Source: Vulcanimicrobiota bacterium
GTDB lineage: Bacteria > Vulcanimicrobiota > Vulcanimicrobiia > Vulcanimicrobiales > Vulcanimicrobiaceae
Direction of reading: 5' to 3'
DNA length: 15,960 nt
Assembly (NCBI GenBank): GCA_003135555.1
Contig: PLCF01000098.1
Span: 11,121-27,080 of the forward strand
Position numbers and translations under genes: made by a program. Below are positions 7,937 to 15,524 of the stretch, piece after piece (position 1 is the first letter of the stretch; every line of letters starts with the position of its first letter). Below the pieces are notes generated by a model. The model had not been told where the DNA came from, searched no databases, and saw nothing but the letters and a program-made list of their open reading frames with translations.

Positions 7937-9414
7937 GCGGCGCTCGTGTAGACGATGCTGATCGGGCGCTCGCGTTGCGAGAGCAGCCACTCGGCGTGCT
8001 CGGCGAGCGCTTCACGACCGAGCTCGCGGGCGAGCTCGCGCCGCGCGAGCGGGTCCGGCGGCGGCGATTGGTCAAGCACCCGGTGGGCTTCCTCGAAGAT
8101 CAGAAACATGCGTTGATACCTGTTCGCGTTCTCGGAGAACGCGCGAGTGCGAGTGTAGCTTGTAACGATGGCGATGACCAGGGCCGCGAGCCCTGCGAAC
8201 ACGCCGGCGGCGTAATCTACGGCGGGACGATGCAATTCGACCGACGCGCGCCACCCGCCATACCAGTTGGGAGGCAAAGCGAAGGCAGCCAGCAGTAGCA
8301 GCCCGAAGCCGAGGTTCAACGGCGCGAGGATACCGACGATGCGACCGAAGCGGATCTTCTTGCGGTTTTGAGCGCCTGAAGCGTCGTGGAAATAAAGACG
8401 CTGCTCCTCGACCCATTGACGCAAGGCCGTAATATCCTGCGCATCGTCCGCCCCGACCGACTGCAAGAGTCCCACGGTTCGAAGCGCGCCGCGAATCCAC
8501 AGGAGCTCGCTTTGCTGCATTCGCAGGTAGCTCGAGTCGACGGCGTCGGGCACCCCGGCATGCGTCCAGGCCGATTGCACGCGCAAGCCCTCGCCGAGCG
8601 CGCGATAATCCTGATAGCGGTTCTGATAGTCGGAACGGCGCACGATGACGTACGCCAACAGTGTCAAAGCGACGGCGACGACCTTGAGATACGGGCCCGA
8701 CGGACCGATTTCGCCACCGGCGATCTGCATCGCCGCCGCTACGAACGCGATCGTGTAGAGTGCGCGCTGCCAGAAAAACAGCCGGCGCTGCAGGCCGTTC
8801 GCCGCCGCGTCGACCGCGGCGAAAAAACGCTCCGAGAGCAACGATCCCGACGCCGGTACCGCGATCGCCGCGATGTCCGCATTGAAGCGGTCGAGCCGAT
8901 CCAGCGCCGCGGCAAAATCCGCGCCGCTGCGCGGATCGTCCTTGAAGCGGTGCGGATAGATTCGCCGTATCTCGAGCGGCGCGCCGGCCGCGGCGTCGGT
9001 CGGAATGGCGACGTGATAGGTCGTCGCAACCTCCGGCGGCTCGAGCAGCCGGCGGTGCTCGCCAATGCGCCCCGTCTCGCGCAACGCGATCACGGCCGAC
9101 GTCTCCGCGCCGTCCGCCGGCGCGGCGGGATCCTCAAAGACCACCAGAATGTCACTGAAGTGCGAGACCCTGGCCAGCGAGCGCTCCTGTGCGATCGGGA
9201 TCTGCTGCGACCGCGCCGCTTCGAGCGCGGGATCGTCTCGCGCCGGCGACTCCGTTGAAAGGACCAGCAGCGGCGTGTGCGGGTACTCGGCTCGGAGCTC
9301 GCCGATGATCTCTTCGAATGCGGCATGGACGGCTTCACGGATCGCCGGGCCATGAACCTGCTCGCCCGTGACGCCGACAACCAGCGGCACCGCGCACGCC
9401 GGTGCGGGAGTCAT
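7933..9414 (-). CDS. Degenerate SLOG-like N-terminus + two SLATT/DUF4231-like 2-TM units (4 TM); candidate membrane effector
   Basis: From ATG 9414 (ATGA overlap): PLVVGVTG...YPHTPLLVLS...DILVVF; TM pair ALYTIAFVAAAMQI / LKVVAVALTLLAYVIV then YQDYRALGEGLR; WVEEQRLYF; second TM pair then ANRYQRM...LGREALAEHAEW. Confidence 0.72.
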   Translation of the reverse strand: MTPAPACAVPLVVGVTGEQVHGPAIREAVHAAFEEIIGELRAEYPHTPLLVLSTESPARDDPALEAARSQQIPIAQERSLARVSHFSDILVVFEDPAAPADGAETSAVIALRETGRIGEHRRLLEPPEVATTYHVAIPTDAAAGAPLEIRRIYPHRFKDDPRSGADFAAALDRLDRFNADIAAIAVPASGSLLSERFFAAVDAAANGLQRRLFFWQRALYTIAFVAAAMQIAGGEIGPSGPYLKVVAVALTLLAYVIVRRSDYQNRYQDYRALGEGLRVQSAWTHAGVPDAVDSSYLRMQQSELLWIRGALRTVGLLQSVGADDAQDITALRQWVEEQRLYFHDASGAQNRKKIRFGRIVGILAPLNLGFGLLLLAAFALPPNWYGGWRASVELHRPAVDYAAGVFAGLAALVIAIVTSYTRTRAFSENANRYQRMFLIFEEAHRVLDQSPPPDPLARRELARELGREALAEHAEWLLSQRERPISIVYTSAA

Positions 9415-10799
9415 CCGCCGATCAGACTCGCTAGCCGGTCGTGCATCGCGGCCAATTGCTCGAGATCGATCGCCGGCGGCTTGAGGGCGAGCAATCGCTC
9501 GAGCTGTTTGAGCGTCGCGGGCAGCATCGTCGCATCGGCCTCCGCTAGTCTGGCCATCTGAATCGTCGCCTGCGTCGCCGTCGGCCAGTCGTTTCCCAGC
9601 ACCGCGAGCTCGAACGCCGTCGCGACGGTCCAATAGTCGTTCGCGCCGATGCCGCCCAGTCGTCCAACGGCGAAGACAACCGCCGGGAGCGTCCGTGCCA
9701 GCTCCTCCTGCGACTGCTCGCTACCCTCGATCGCGAGCAGCGTGCACAGATTGACGCCCGGGTAGAAGTCCCGTGGGTCGGCGAGGAAACCTTTGCGATA
9801 CCATTCGATCGCTTCATCTAGGAAACTCTGTGCCAAGAGTTCCTTCTTCTGTGCGCGCGCATCGTCGGCGCGGTTCTTGCTGATGCTGCCCAGCAGCCCC
9901 GCGGTCTCGGAGGACAGCCCCTTCGACCCGACGAGCTCCTGGAGCAGGTCGGTCGCGCGCTGACGGTCGCCCCCGGAGTTGCGGCGGTTCAACGCCGAAG
10001 CATATTGCTGCACGATTCCGTCGTTCTTGCTGCGCAGCGCATCGGGGATCCGCTCGACGAACGCGATGAGCGCGTCGTTCGCGCCGACCGCGCGATAGGC
10101 CAGCAGCACTTCGACGGCGAGCTCGATGTTCACATCGGTGATCGAGCCGACGTCCCGTTCGACCACGCCGATCGCCGCGACCGCGGCGGTGTTGTCGTCC
10201 GGCTGACGCAGTTGCCGAGCGGCGGCCAAACGGTCCCGCACGCTCTTGAGGTCGTCGGCCAGACCGCGGAAGGTCGAGATGTATTCGATCGGCAGCGTGA
10301 TCCCGGGGAAGCCCACGATCATTTGAAAGAGCGGGCTGTCGGCCGGATCGGGGGTCGCGAGCGTCTCCTGGACGCGCGCGGTCAGTGCCGACCGCAGGCC
10401 GGCGGCCGACGCGTCGTCGAGAACGCCATCGGTGAGTTTGTACGGAATCGCCCGAATCATGGCGATATCGAACGGCAGCGCGCCGTCCTTGCCGCTGATG
10501 ATGATCGTCGAACGGGGACGCGCGGCGTGGCGCACGCCTAGCTCGTAAAATACGTTCGCGTTGTCGATCGTCACGTCGACGATGGCGACCTCCGCCAGCA
10601 GCAAGCGCTCGAACATGGACAGGTGGATGATCCCGCCGGTGCGTTCCTGATCGGCGCGGATGAAGTCGACGTCGCACGCCTGGAGCGCCGGCGTGATCGC
10701 CTTCTCGTAGATCGCATCGAAGTCGATCATGCGCGCCCGTGTTTCGTCGGGCTTCAAGCCGAACGGCATGGCGACGAAGACCAACGCGCGGCTTGTCAT
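9411..10799 (-). CDS. Nucleoside 2'-deoxyribosyltransferase-like (DRHyd) domain + MAP3K TRAFs-binding/DUF4071 (TPR-S) domain protein
   Basis: N-terminal VFVAMPFG..DFDAIY..IRADQE..GIIH..MFERLL.AE.AIVDVT.DNANVFYELGVRHA with the putative catalytic Glu in YELG. C-terminal ALNRRN..GDR..A, ETAGLLG...K, AIEWYRKGF..DP.DFYPGVNL.TL, DYW..AT..E. Start is ATG 10799. Confidence 0.88.
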   Translation of the reverse strand: MTSRALVFVAMPFGLKPDETRARMIDFDAIYEKAITPALQACDVDFIRADQERTGGIIHLSMFERLLLAEVAIVDVTIDNANVFYELGVRHAARPRSTIIISGKDGALPFDIAMIRAIPYKLTDGVLDDASAAGLRSALTARVQETLATPDPADSPLFQMIVGFPGITLPIEYISTFRGLADDLKSVRDRLAAARQLRQPDDNTAAVAAIGVVERDVGSITDVNIELAVEVLLAYRAVGANDALIAFVERIPDALRSKNDGIVQQYASALNRRNSGGDRQRATDLLQELVGSKGLSSETAGLLGSISKNRADDARAQKKELLAQSFLDEAIEWYRKGFLADPRDFYPGVNLCTLLAIEGSEQSQEELARTLPAVVFAVGRLGGIGANDYWTVATAFELAVLGNDWPTATQATIQMARLAEADATMLPATLKQLERLLALKPPAIDLEQLAAMHDRLASLIGG

Positions 10800-10911
10800 G
10801 GCGGTAGCGCACCACACGAGATCGCGCGCGTACCGGTCGTGTCGAAAACGGCGATGACATACGGGGCCGGCTTCATCATGGTTGGTTTCACCGCGTTTTC
10901 GAGCGGCCGCC
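10796..10911 (-). pseudogene. Repeat D' - remnant 3' end of a homolog of the 11937-12362 gene
   Basis: 10802-10911 is 91/111 identical to 11964-12074. Reads GGRSKTR(1-nt deletion)KPTMMKPAPYVIAVFDTTGTRAISCGALPP*; its TGA overlaps the ATG of the DRHyd gene. Confidence 0.92.
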
Positions 10912-11016
10912 GAACCCCTTCACCGGGTGTGAGATGCCGGAAGCGTCATCGTGCAGCGCATCGCGCAGCGTTACGGGGGCTCCGTTGCGCTCTGGTCGTC
11001 GCTCGGCGCGGGCTGC

Positions 11017-11066
11017 CGGGTCGAGTTGCGAATTCCGGCCGCACCCTGGGCAGCGTCGGCCTGACC
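11017..11066. repeat. Repeat C copy 2
   Basis: Direct repeat of 6127-6176, 46/50 identical. Confidence 0.95.
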
Positions 11067-11200
11067 GCCCCGGCGGCGAAGGACGGGCAGGCTGACGGCT
11101 AATACATAGAAGGAGCCTGGGGGTTACAATCTACGAACATCGGCCAAGCACTCGAAATCAAGACCGCTCAGACGTTGCTGCCGCAGTTGTAGCGCCGCAC

Positions 11201-11899
11201 GTGATCGCGCCTCCCGCGGACCGGACATGGCGATTCGGGACCAGCATGCGCATCATGCTCGGATTCGCTGCGGTATTCATGTTCGCCGTCGCCGCCGTAC
11301 TCTTCAGCTTGCCGCTCCTCGTTGGCGGAGGCGACCCAGGCGCCAACAGCATCGTCGCGATCACCGGCATCATCATGGTCGGATTCGGTCTGTTCATGAC
11401 GTTCGGGCTGATCGGCGTCGTCCGGACTCAGATCGGTATCAAGGGGCCGAACCTCGAGGCGACGGTGCCGCAACACCACAGCCGGCTGCTCGTGCCGACG
11501 TTCCGCGTGATCGCAGTTCCCCTCGCGCAGATCCGGGCCGTTGAGACGCGCCAGGAGGCGTTCCGGTCCTTCGGCTTGGTCAACCTCCGACAATCGTTGT
11601 CCATCGTGACCAGCAATGGTGAACGGATCGGCCTCTTCAGCAACACCCTTGGTCCGGCGGCACAACTCCCTCTGGATGAGATCGCCGGCGCCATCGCGGC
11701 CGGCGCCGGCGTCGCGGTGACCGACGCCGGTACGGTTTGGACGACGGCGCCCGGGCTCTACGGTGAAGCCTCCTCAGCGTGGCGCGAACAGCCACTTGAC
11801 CAAGCCGGCGCGATCAAGGTCAGGGGAGCGGCGTTGCGGACCGCCCAAATCGCGGGAACGCTGATGCTGCTCGTCCTCGCGCTCCGGGCGTGCAGCTGA
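11201..11899 (+). CDS. Hypothetical membrane protein (2 N-terminal TM, beta-rich PH-like soluble part, C-terminal TM)
   Basis: Hydrophobic IMLGFAAVFMFAVAAVLFSLPLLV and IVAITGIIMVGFGLFMTFGLIGVV; VPLAQIRAVETR resembles bacterial PH domains; C-terminal IAGTLMLLVLAL. Start uncertain (11201 or 11246). Confidence 0.75.
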   Translation: MIAPPADRTWRFGTSMRIMLGFAAVFMFAVAAVLFSLPLLVGGGDPGANSIVAITGIIMVGFGLFMTFGLIGVVRTQIGIKGPNLEATVPQHHSRLLVPTFRVIAVPLAQIRAVETRQEAFRSFGLVNLRQSLSIVTSNGERIGLFSNTLGPAAQLPLDEIAGAIAAGAGVAVTDAGTVWTTAPGLYGEASSAWREQPLDQAGAIKVRGAALRTAQIAGTLMLLVLALRACS

Positions 11900-11936
11900 C
11901 CCGCTAACAAATCAGTACAGCACGTCGAGCGCTCCG

Positions 11937-12362
11937 CTAGTGGGCGTGTTCGTGGTGCATCATCGGCAGTGCGCCGCACGACATGGCACGTGTACCGGCG
12001 GTGTTGAACACGGCGATGACGTACGGCCCCGGCTTCATCGTGGTGGGCTTCAACCGCGTCTTCGAGCGGCCGCCCATCACCGGCGTTAGACGGTATTCGG
12101 GCGTCGGGCCCGGATTCGCGCACGTCGCGTGGTAAACGCCGGCGGGGTACTGGTTTTCGGGGATGAACACGCCGTCGAGGACGATCGTCACGTCGACGAC
12201 CGGCGGGTCCAGCGCGACGTGTGCGATCGTCGCGGTCCCCGCGATCTTCGAGCCTGGTTGCGGCTCGAGCTTCACTACGACGTTCGGCGGCGGCGAAGCC
12301 GCGAACGCAATTCCGGCGGCAGCGAGCGCGGCCGCGAAGGCCAGCGCAGAGATACGGACCAC
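11937..12362 (-). CDS. Secreted beta-sandwich protein (Cu/Zn-SOD-like or CHRD-like fold) with His/Met tail
   Basis: SD AAGGAGG 6 nt before GTG 12362; signal peptide MVRISALAFAAALAAAGIAFA; G.ATI, YHATCA, SCGAL Cys pair; ends MMHHEHAH. The fold call is inference. Confidence 0.72.
   Translation of the reverse strand: MVRISALAFAAALAAAGIAFAASPPPNVVVKLEPQPGSKIAGTATIAHVALDPPVVDVTIVLDGVFIPENQYPAGVYHATCANPGPTPEYRLTPVMGGRSKTRLKPTTMKPGPYVIAVFNTAGTRAMSCGALPMMHHEHAH
11964..12074. repeat. Repeat D (within the 3' part of the intact secreted-protein gene)
   Basis: Direct repeat of 10802-10911, 91/111 columns identical. Confidence 0.92.
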
Positions 12363-12373
12363 CGTCAACCTCC

Positions 12374-12442
12374 TTACCCGACGTGAATCGCCGGGAGCGT
12401 GATGACAACCCATACGGCCACGATGATGAGAACCTGGGTCAT
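12374..12442 (-). CDS. 22-aa hydrophobic peptide
   Basis: MTQVLIIVAVWVVITLPAIHVG*; AAGAAGGAG SD upstream; its TAA stop is part of the next gene's TAAGGAGG SD. Confidence 0.55.
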   Translation of the reverse strand: MTQVLIIVAVWVVITLPAIHVG

Positions 12443-12461
12443 GCTAGATGCGCTCCTTCTT

Positions 12462-13226
12462 TCACCAGCCGCCGTAACCCGTCCAGCCGCCGTCGACGTA
12501 GATATGCGTGGCGTTGACGTACGACGCCGCGTCGGAAACGACGAACGCGATCGTGTTCGCGATCTCAGCCGGCGAGGCGAGTCGTCCGAGCGGCGTGCGC
12601 CGTGCGATGTCCGCATCGCTGAAGCTGCCGACCGACATGGCGTGCTCCACGAGCGCCGTCGCGGTGTATCCCGCATTGACCGACACGACGCGCACGCCCC
12701 GCCGTCCCCACTCGACGCCCAGCGTCGCGGTGAGGCCGTCCAAGCCGTGCTTGCTGACGCTGTACGCGAGACGTCCGGACATGCCCAGACGTGAGTACAC
12801 CGACCCGACGTTCACGATGACGCCCTTGCCTTTGGCGAGCATGACCCGGCCGGCCGCTTGCGCGCACAAGAACGGCGCGGTGAGGTTCAACTCGAGGACC
12901 GCGCGCCAGTCCTCGACGCTCAGGCTCTCGGCCGGCGTGACGCTCGGCATTCCGGCGTTGTTGACCAGCACGTCGATCGTGCCGTACGCCGCAATGGCGC
13001 CCGCTACGAGCGCCTCGACCCCGGCGGCCGACCGGAGATCGGCGCCGACCGCAGTCGCTTCGAGGCCGTCGTCACACAGCGAGCGCGCGACGCTGCCGGC
13101 GCGTTCGGCCGAGCGCGAATTGATGACCACCGCTGCGCCCAGTTCTGCCAACCGGCGCGCCGTCGCCAAGCCGATCCCGTCCGACGAGCCGGTGACGATC
13201 GCAACACGGCCCGCGAGTTCGCGCAT
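12462..13226 (-). CDS. Classical SDR family NAD(P)-dependent oxidoreductase (FabG-like)
   Basis: TGSSDGIG, NNAG, catalytic S and YSVSK, TPLGR, VDGGW. ATG 13226 has a GGAGAG SD; the longer track ORF runs through a terminator and another gene. Confidence 0.93.
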   Translation of the reverse strand: MRELAGRVAIVTGSSDGIGLATARRLAELGAAVVINSRSAERAGSVARSLCDDGLEATAVGADLRSAAGVEALVAGAIAAYGTIDVLVNNAGMPSVTPAESLSVEDWRAVLELNLTAPFLCAQAAGRVMLAKGKGVIVNVGSVYSRLGMSGRLAYSVSKHGLDGLTATLGVEWGRRGVRVVSVNAGYTATALVEHAMSVGSFSDADIARRTPLGRLASPAEIANTIAFVVSDAASYVNATHIYVDGGWTGYGGW

Positions 13227-13273
13227 ACGAATCTCTCCACGGGCCGCCCCGTCAGTCCTGCGCCGCCTATTGG

Positions 13274-13312
13274 AAATGAAAAACCCGCCGCGTGGTTGTC
13301 CACGCGGCGGGT
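13274..13312 (-). terminator. Rho-independent terminator after the S53 peptidase
   Basis: Perfect 13-bp stem ACCCGCCGCGTGG / CCACGCGGCGGGT (13283-13295, 13300-13312) with a 4-nt loop; the minus strand continues TTTTCATTT. Confidence 0.88.
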
Positions 13313-13333
13313 CATTCGGGTGGGTTCTGCGAT

Positions 13334-14488
13334 TTAGAAGGCGCCCAGACCGTGGGGGGTACCGGGCGTCGGATAGCGCCCCGCCGCGTCGACGGGGTTG
13401 AGCGACCCGAGATTCGCGTAGATCGACGGCGCACCGCCGGCGTTCGCGCCGAAGTCGTGAGCCTGGGTGTAGAGCCCGGCCACGAACGGCGCGCCGGCGC
13501 TGGTTCCACCGAGCACGATCCAGCCGCCGTCGTTGCTGTCGTAGACGGCGATTCCGGGGCTCAGCGCCGCGACGAACGAGACGTCGGGTACCGAACGGGT
13601 GCTGCAACCGCTGCCCGTTTGCCAGGCCGGTGTCGGCGTCGTCGCGCTGCAGCCGGCGCCGGACTTGTCCCATACCGCTTCGTGCCAGCCGCGCGAGCTC
13701 GTGTCATGTGTCAGCGTGGTTCCGCCGACCGCGGTCACGTGCGCGGATGAGGCGGGATACTGGACCGTGCCGTCGTCACCGGTGCTCGCGACGATCGCGA
13801 TCCCCGGATGATCGTAGTGGCCGTCTTGGTTCGCCGAACTGCTTCCCTCGGGGATGCCGTAGCTGTTGCTGATCGCGGCCGGATTGAGCGCGGCGGCGGC
13901 GTCGACGGCTGCCGCGAGGACGTTGGGGTTGCCGTTTTGCGCCTCGATCAGCGCTAAGCGGCAAGTCGGACAGGCCGCAGACGCCATGGCGAGGTCGAGC
14001 GAGATCTCCTCGACCCAACTCTGATGCGGGAGCTGCAAGACGTTGCCGGGGGCTGTGACTTTCGTGAAGCAGCCGCTGGCCGACGTGCACGGGGGAAGCC
14101 CGAAGCGATGACGATAGATTGCGAGGTCGGCTTCGGCGCTGGGGTCGTCGTACGCGTCGACGATCGCGATCAGCGGCCCGGTCGCCGGCGTGCCGTCCAC
14201 CGGAGGCAGGCCGTACGCAGAGCGTAAGTCGGCCGGCGTGAAGCCGGAGATGGTCGCGGCGTTCGGGTCGGCGATCGGCAGAATCGCCACGTTCACTTGG
14301 ACGTAGCAGCCGAGCTCGCCCAGCTGGACCGTGCACACACCGGGCAGAGCCCGCGAATACAGCGGGGTTCGTTGCGTTGCTTGGGCCCCGGCAGCGCCTT
14401 GCGCCGGCAGTGATGGGCTGACGGCGCTGCCGCCGCCGCACCCGGTCAAGAGTGCGCCGGCGACGGCGATAGATAGTGTGCGGTTCAC
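13334..14488 (-). CDS. S53/S8 (sedolisin-like) serine peptidase, lipoprotein
   Basis: GTG 14488 (GTGA overlap), lipobox LLTGC, IAIVDAYD, catalytic EISLD (E-xxx-D), SNSYG, oxyanion STGD, VGGT, PDVS, nucleophile GGTSAGAP. Confidence 0.9.
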   Translation of the reverse strand: MNRTLSIAVAGALLTGCGGGSAVSPSLPAQGAAGAQATQRTPLYSRALPGVCTVQLGELGCYVQVNVAILPIADPNAATISGFTPADLRSAYGLPPVDGTPATGPLIAIVDAYDDPSAEADLAIYRHRFGLPPCTSASGCFTKVTAPGNVLQLPHQSWVEEISLDLAMASAACPTCRLALIEAQNGNPNVLAAAVDAAAALNPAAISNSYGIPEGSSSANQDGHYDHPGIAIVASTGDDGTVQYPASSAHVTAVGGTTLTHDTSSRGWHEAVWDKSGAGCSATTPTPAWQTGSGCSTRSVPDVSFVAALSPGIAVYDSNDGGWIVLGGTSAGAPFVAGLYTQAHDFGANAGGAPSIYANLGSLNPVDAAGRYPTPGTPHGLGAF

Positions 14489-15501
14489 GGTGTCGTGTGC
14501 TCGTTTCGTTGGAGAGGGGTGGTTGTGACGACGTCGATCATCGCATCGACGACGATGGGGTCGAATTGTGTGCCGCGTCCTGAGACGAGGCGCTCGAGCG
14601 CCTCCGACGGAGCGATTCCGGAGCGATACGGGCGCCGTCCGATCATCGCGTTGAAAGCGTCGGCGACGCAGACGATCCGCGCCGACGACGGGATGTGCCG
14701 CGCGGCCAAGCCGTCGGGGTAGCCGTTTCCGTCCATTCGTTCGTGGTGGTTGCGAACGGCCGGCAAGAGGTGCGCCACCAACGGCAGCGCCGCGACGATC
14801 TCCGCACCGTCCGCGGCGTGCTGTCGCATGACGACGAACTCGTCCGGGGTCAGCCGGCGCGGGGCGTTCAAGATCTCCAGCGGCGTCGAGATCTTCCCGA
14901 TGTCGTGGATCAAACCGCTGCGCGCGATCTCGATCGTGTCCTGCTTGCTCAACGACAGCCGTTCGGCCAGGCGGGCGCACCAGGCTGCGACCGCCCGCGA
15001 GTGCTCCGCGGTCAGCTCGTCACTTTGGTCGAGCCGGGTTATCAAGTCGTCGAGGGCGACGTCGACTTCGTCGATCGCTTCGCGATGGACGGCCTGGACG
15101 AGGCGGGGCAGCGCGATGAGCCGTTCGACCTCGCCGCGCAGCCGGCCGAGACGCGCGTCGGTGAGCCCGGTGTTCGACACGCTTCCGACGAGGTCGCAAA
15201 CGGCGTCGAGCGTGACGGAGATCAGTTCTGACATCGGCAGAATTCCGGCGTAGCGGCGGCACGACGTGTCGACGAATACCAGCAGCGGCGCCCAGTCCTC
15301 GGACCAGGTCGAGGCCGCGAAGCGCTCGATGAAGCGCATCGCGACGATCTCCGCCGCGACGGTTCGGTGACGCGGCGCCATTGCGCCCAGAGCGCTGGCA
15401 GCGACATCGTGGATACGCGCGTTCAGCGCCGCACCCAATCGAATGTCGGCATCCGGAACGCTGCGAAGCGTCTGGTACACAGGGGCCTTTCTGAGCTGCA
15501 C
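14485..15501 (-). CDS. HD-GYP domain phosphodiesterase with an unassigned helical N-terminal domain
   Basis: EHSRAV, HDIGK, HHERMDGNGYPDGL, VADAF, RPYR, GTQFDP. Exact start uncertain. Confidence 0.92.
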   Translation of the reverse strand: MQLRKAPVYQTLRSVPDADIRLGAALNARIHDVAASALGAMAPRHRTVAAEIVAMRFIERFAASTWSEDWAPLLVFVDTSCRRYAGILPMSELISVTLDAVCDLVGSVSNTGLTDARLGRLRGEVERLIALPRLVQAVHREAIDEVDVALDDLITRLDQSDELTAEHSRAVAAWCARLAERLSLSKQDTIEIARSGLIHDIGKISTPLEILNAPRRLTPDEFVVMRQHAADGAEIVAALPLVAHLLPAVRNHHERMDGNGYPDGLAARHIPSSARIVCVADAFNAMIGRRPYRSGIAPSEALERLVSGRGTQFDPIVVDAMIDVVTTTPLQRNEHTTP

Positions 15502-15524
15502 CGGCGCATCGCACCGTGCATCAC

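Noticed and set aside
6127..11066. Repeat C as a CRISPR repeat, integron attC or tRNA-derived att site
   Set aside because: Only two copies 4.9 kb apart; no RYYYAAC/GTTRRRY ends, no tRNA cloverleaf and no integrase or cas gene in the window.
13227..13673. N-terminal extension of the SDR ORF (likewise track starts 14980, 9633, 7990 and 5549)
   Set aside because: The extensions overlap other genes or a terminator, or are not protein-like; downstream starts have SD sequences, 4-nt overlaps, signal peptides or family-typical N-termini.
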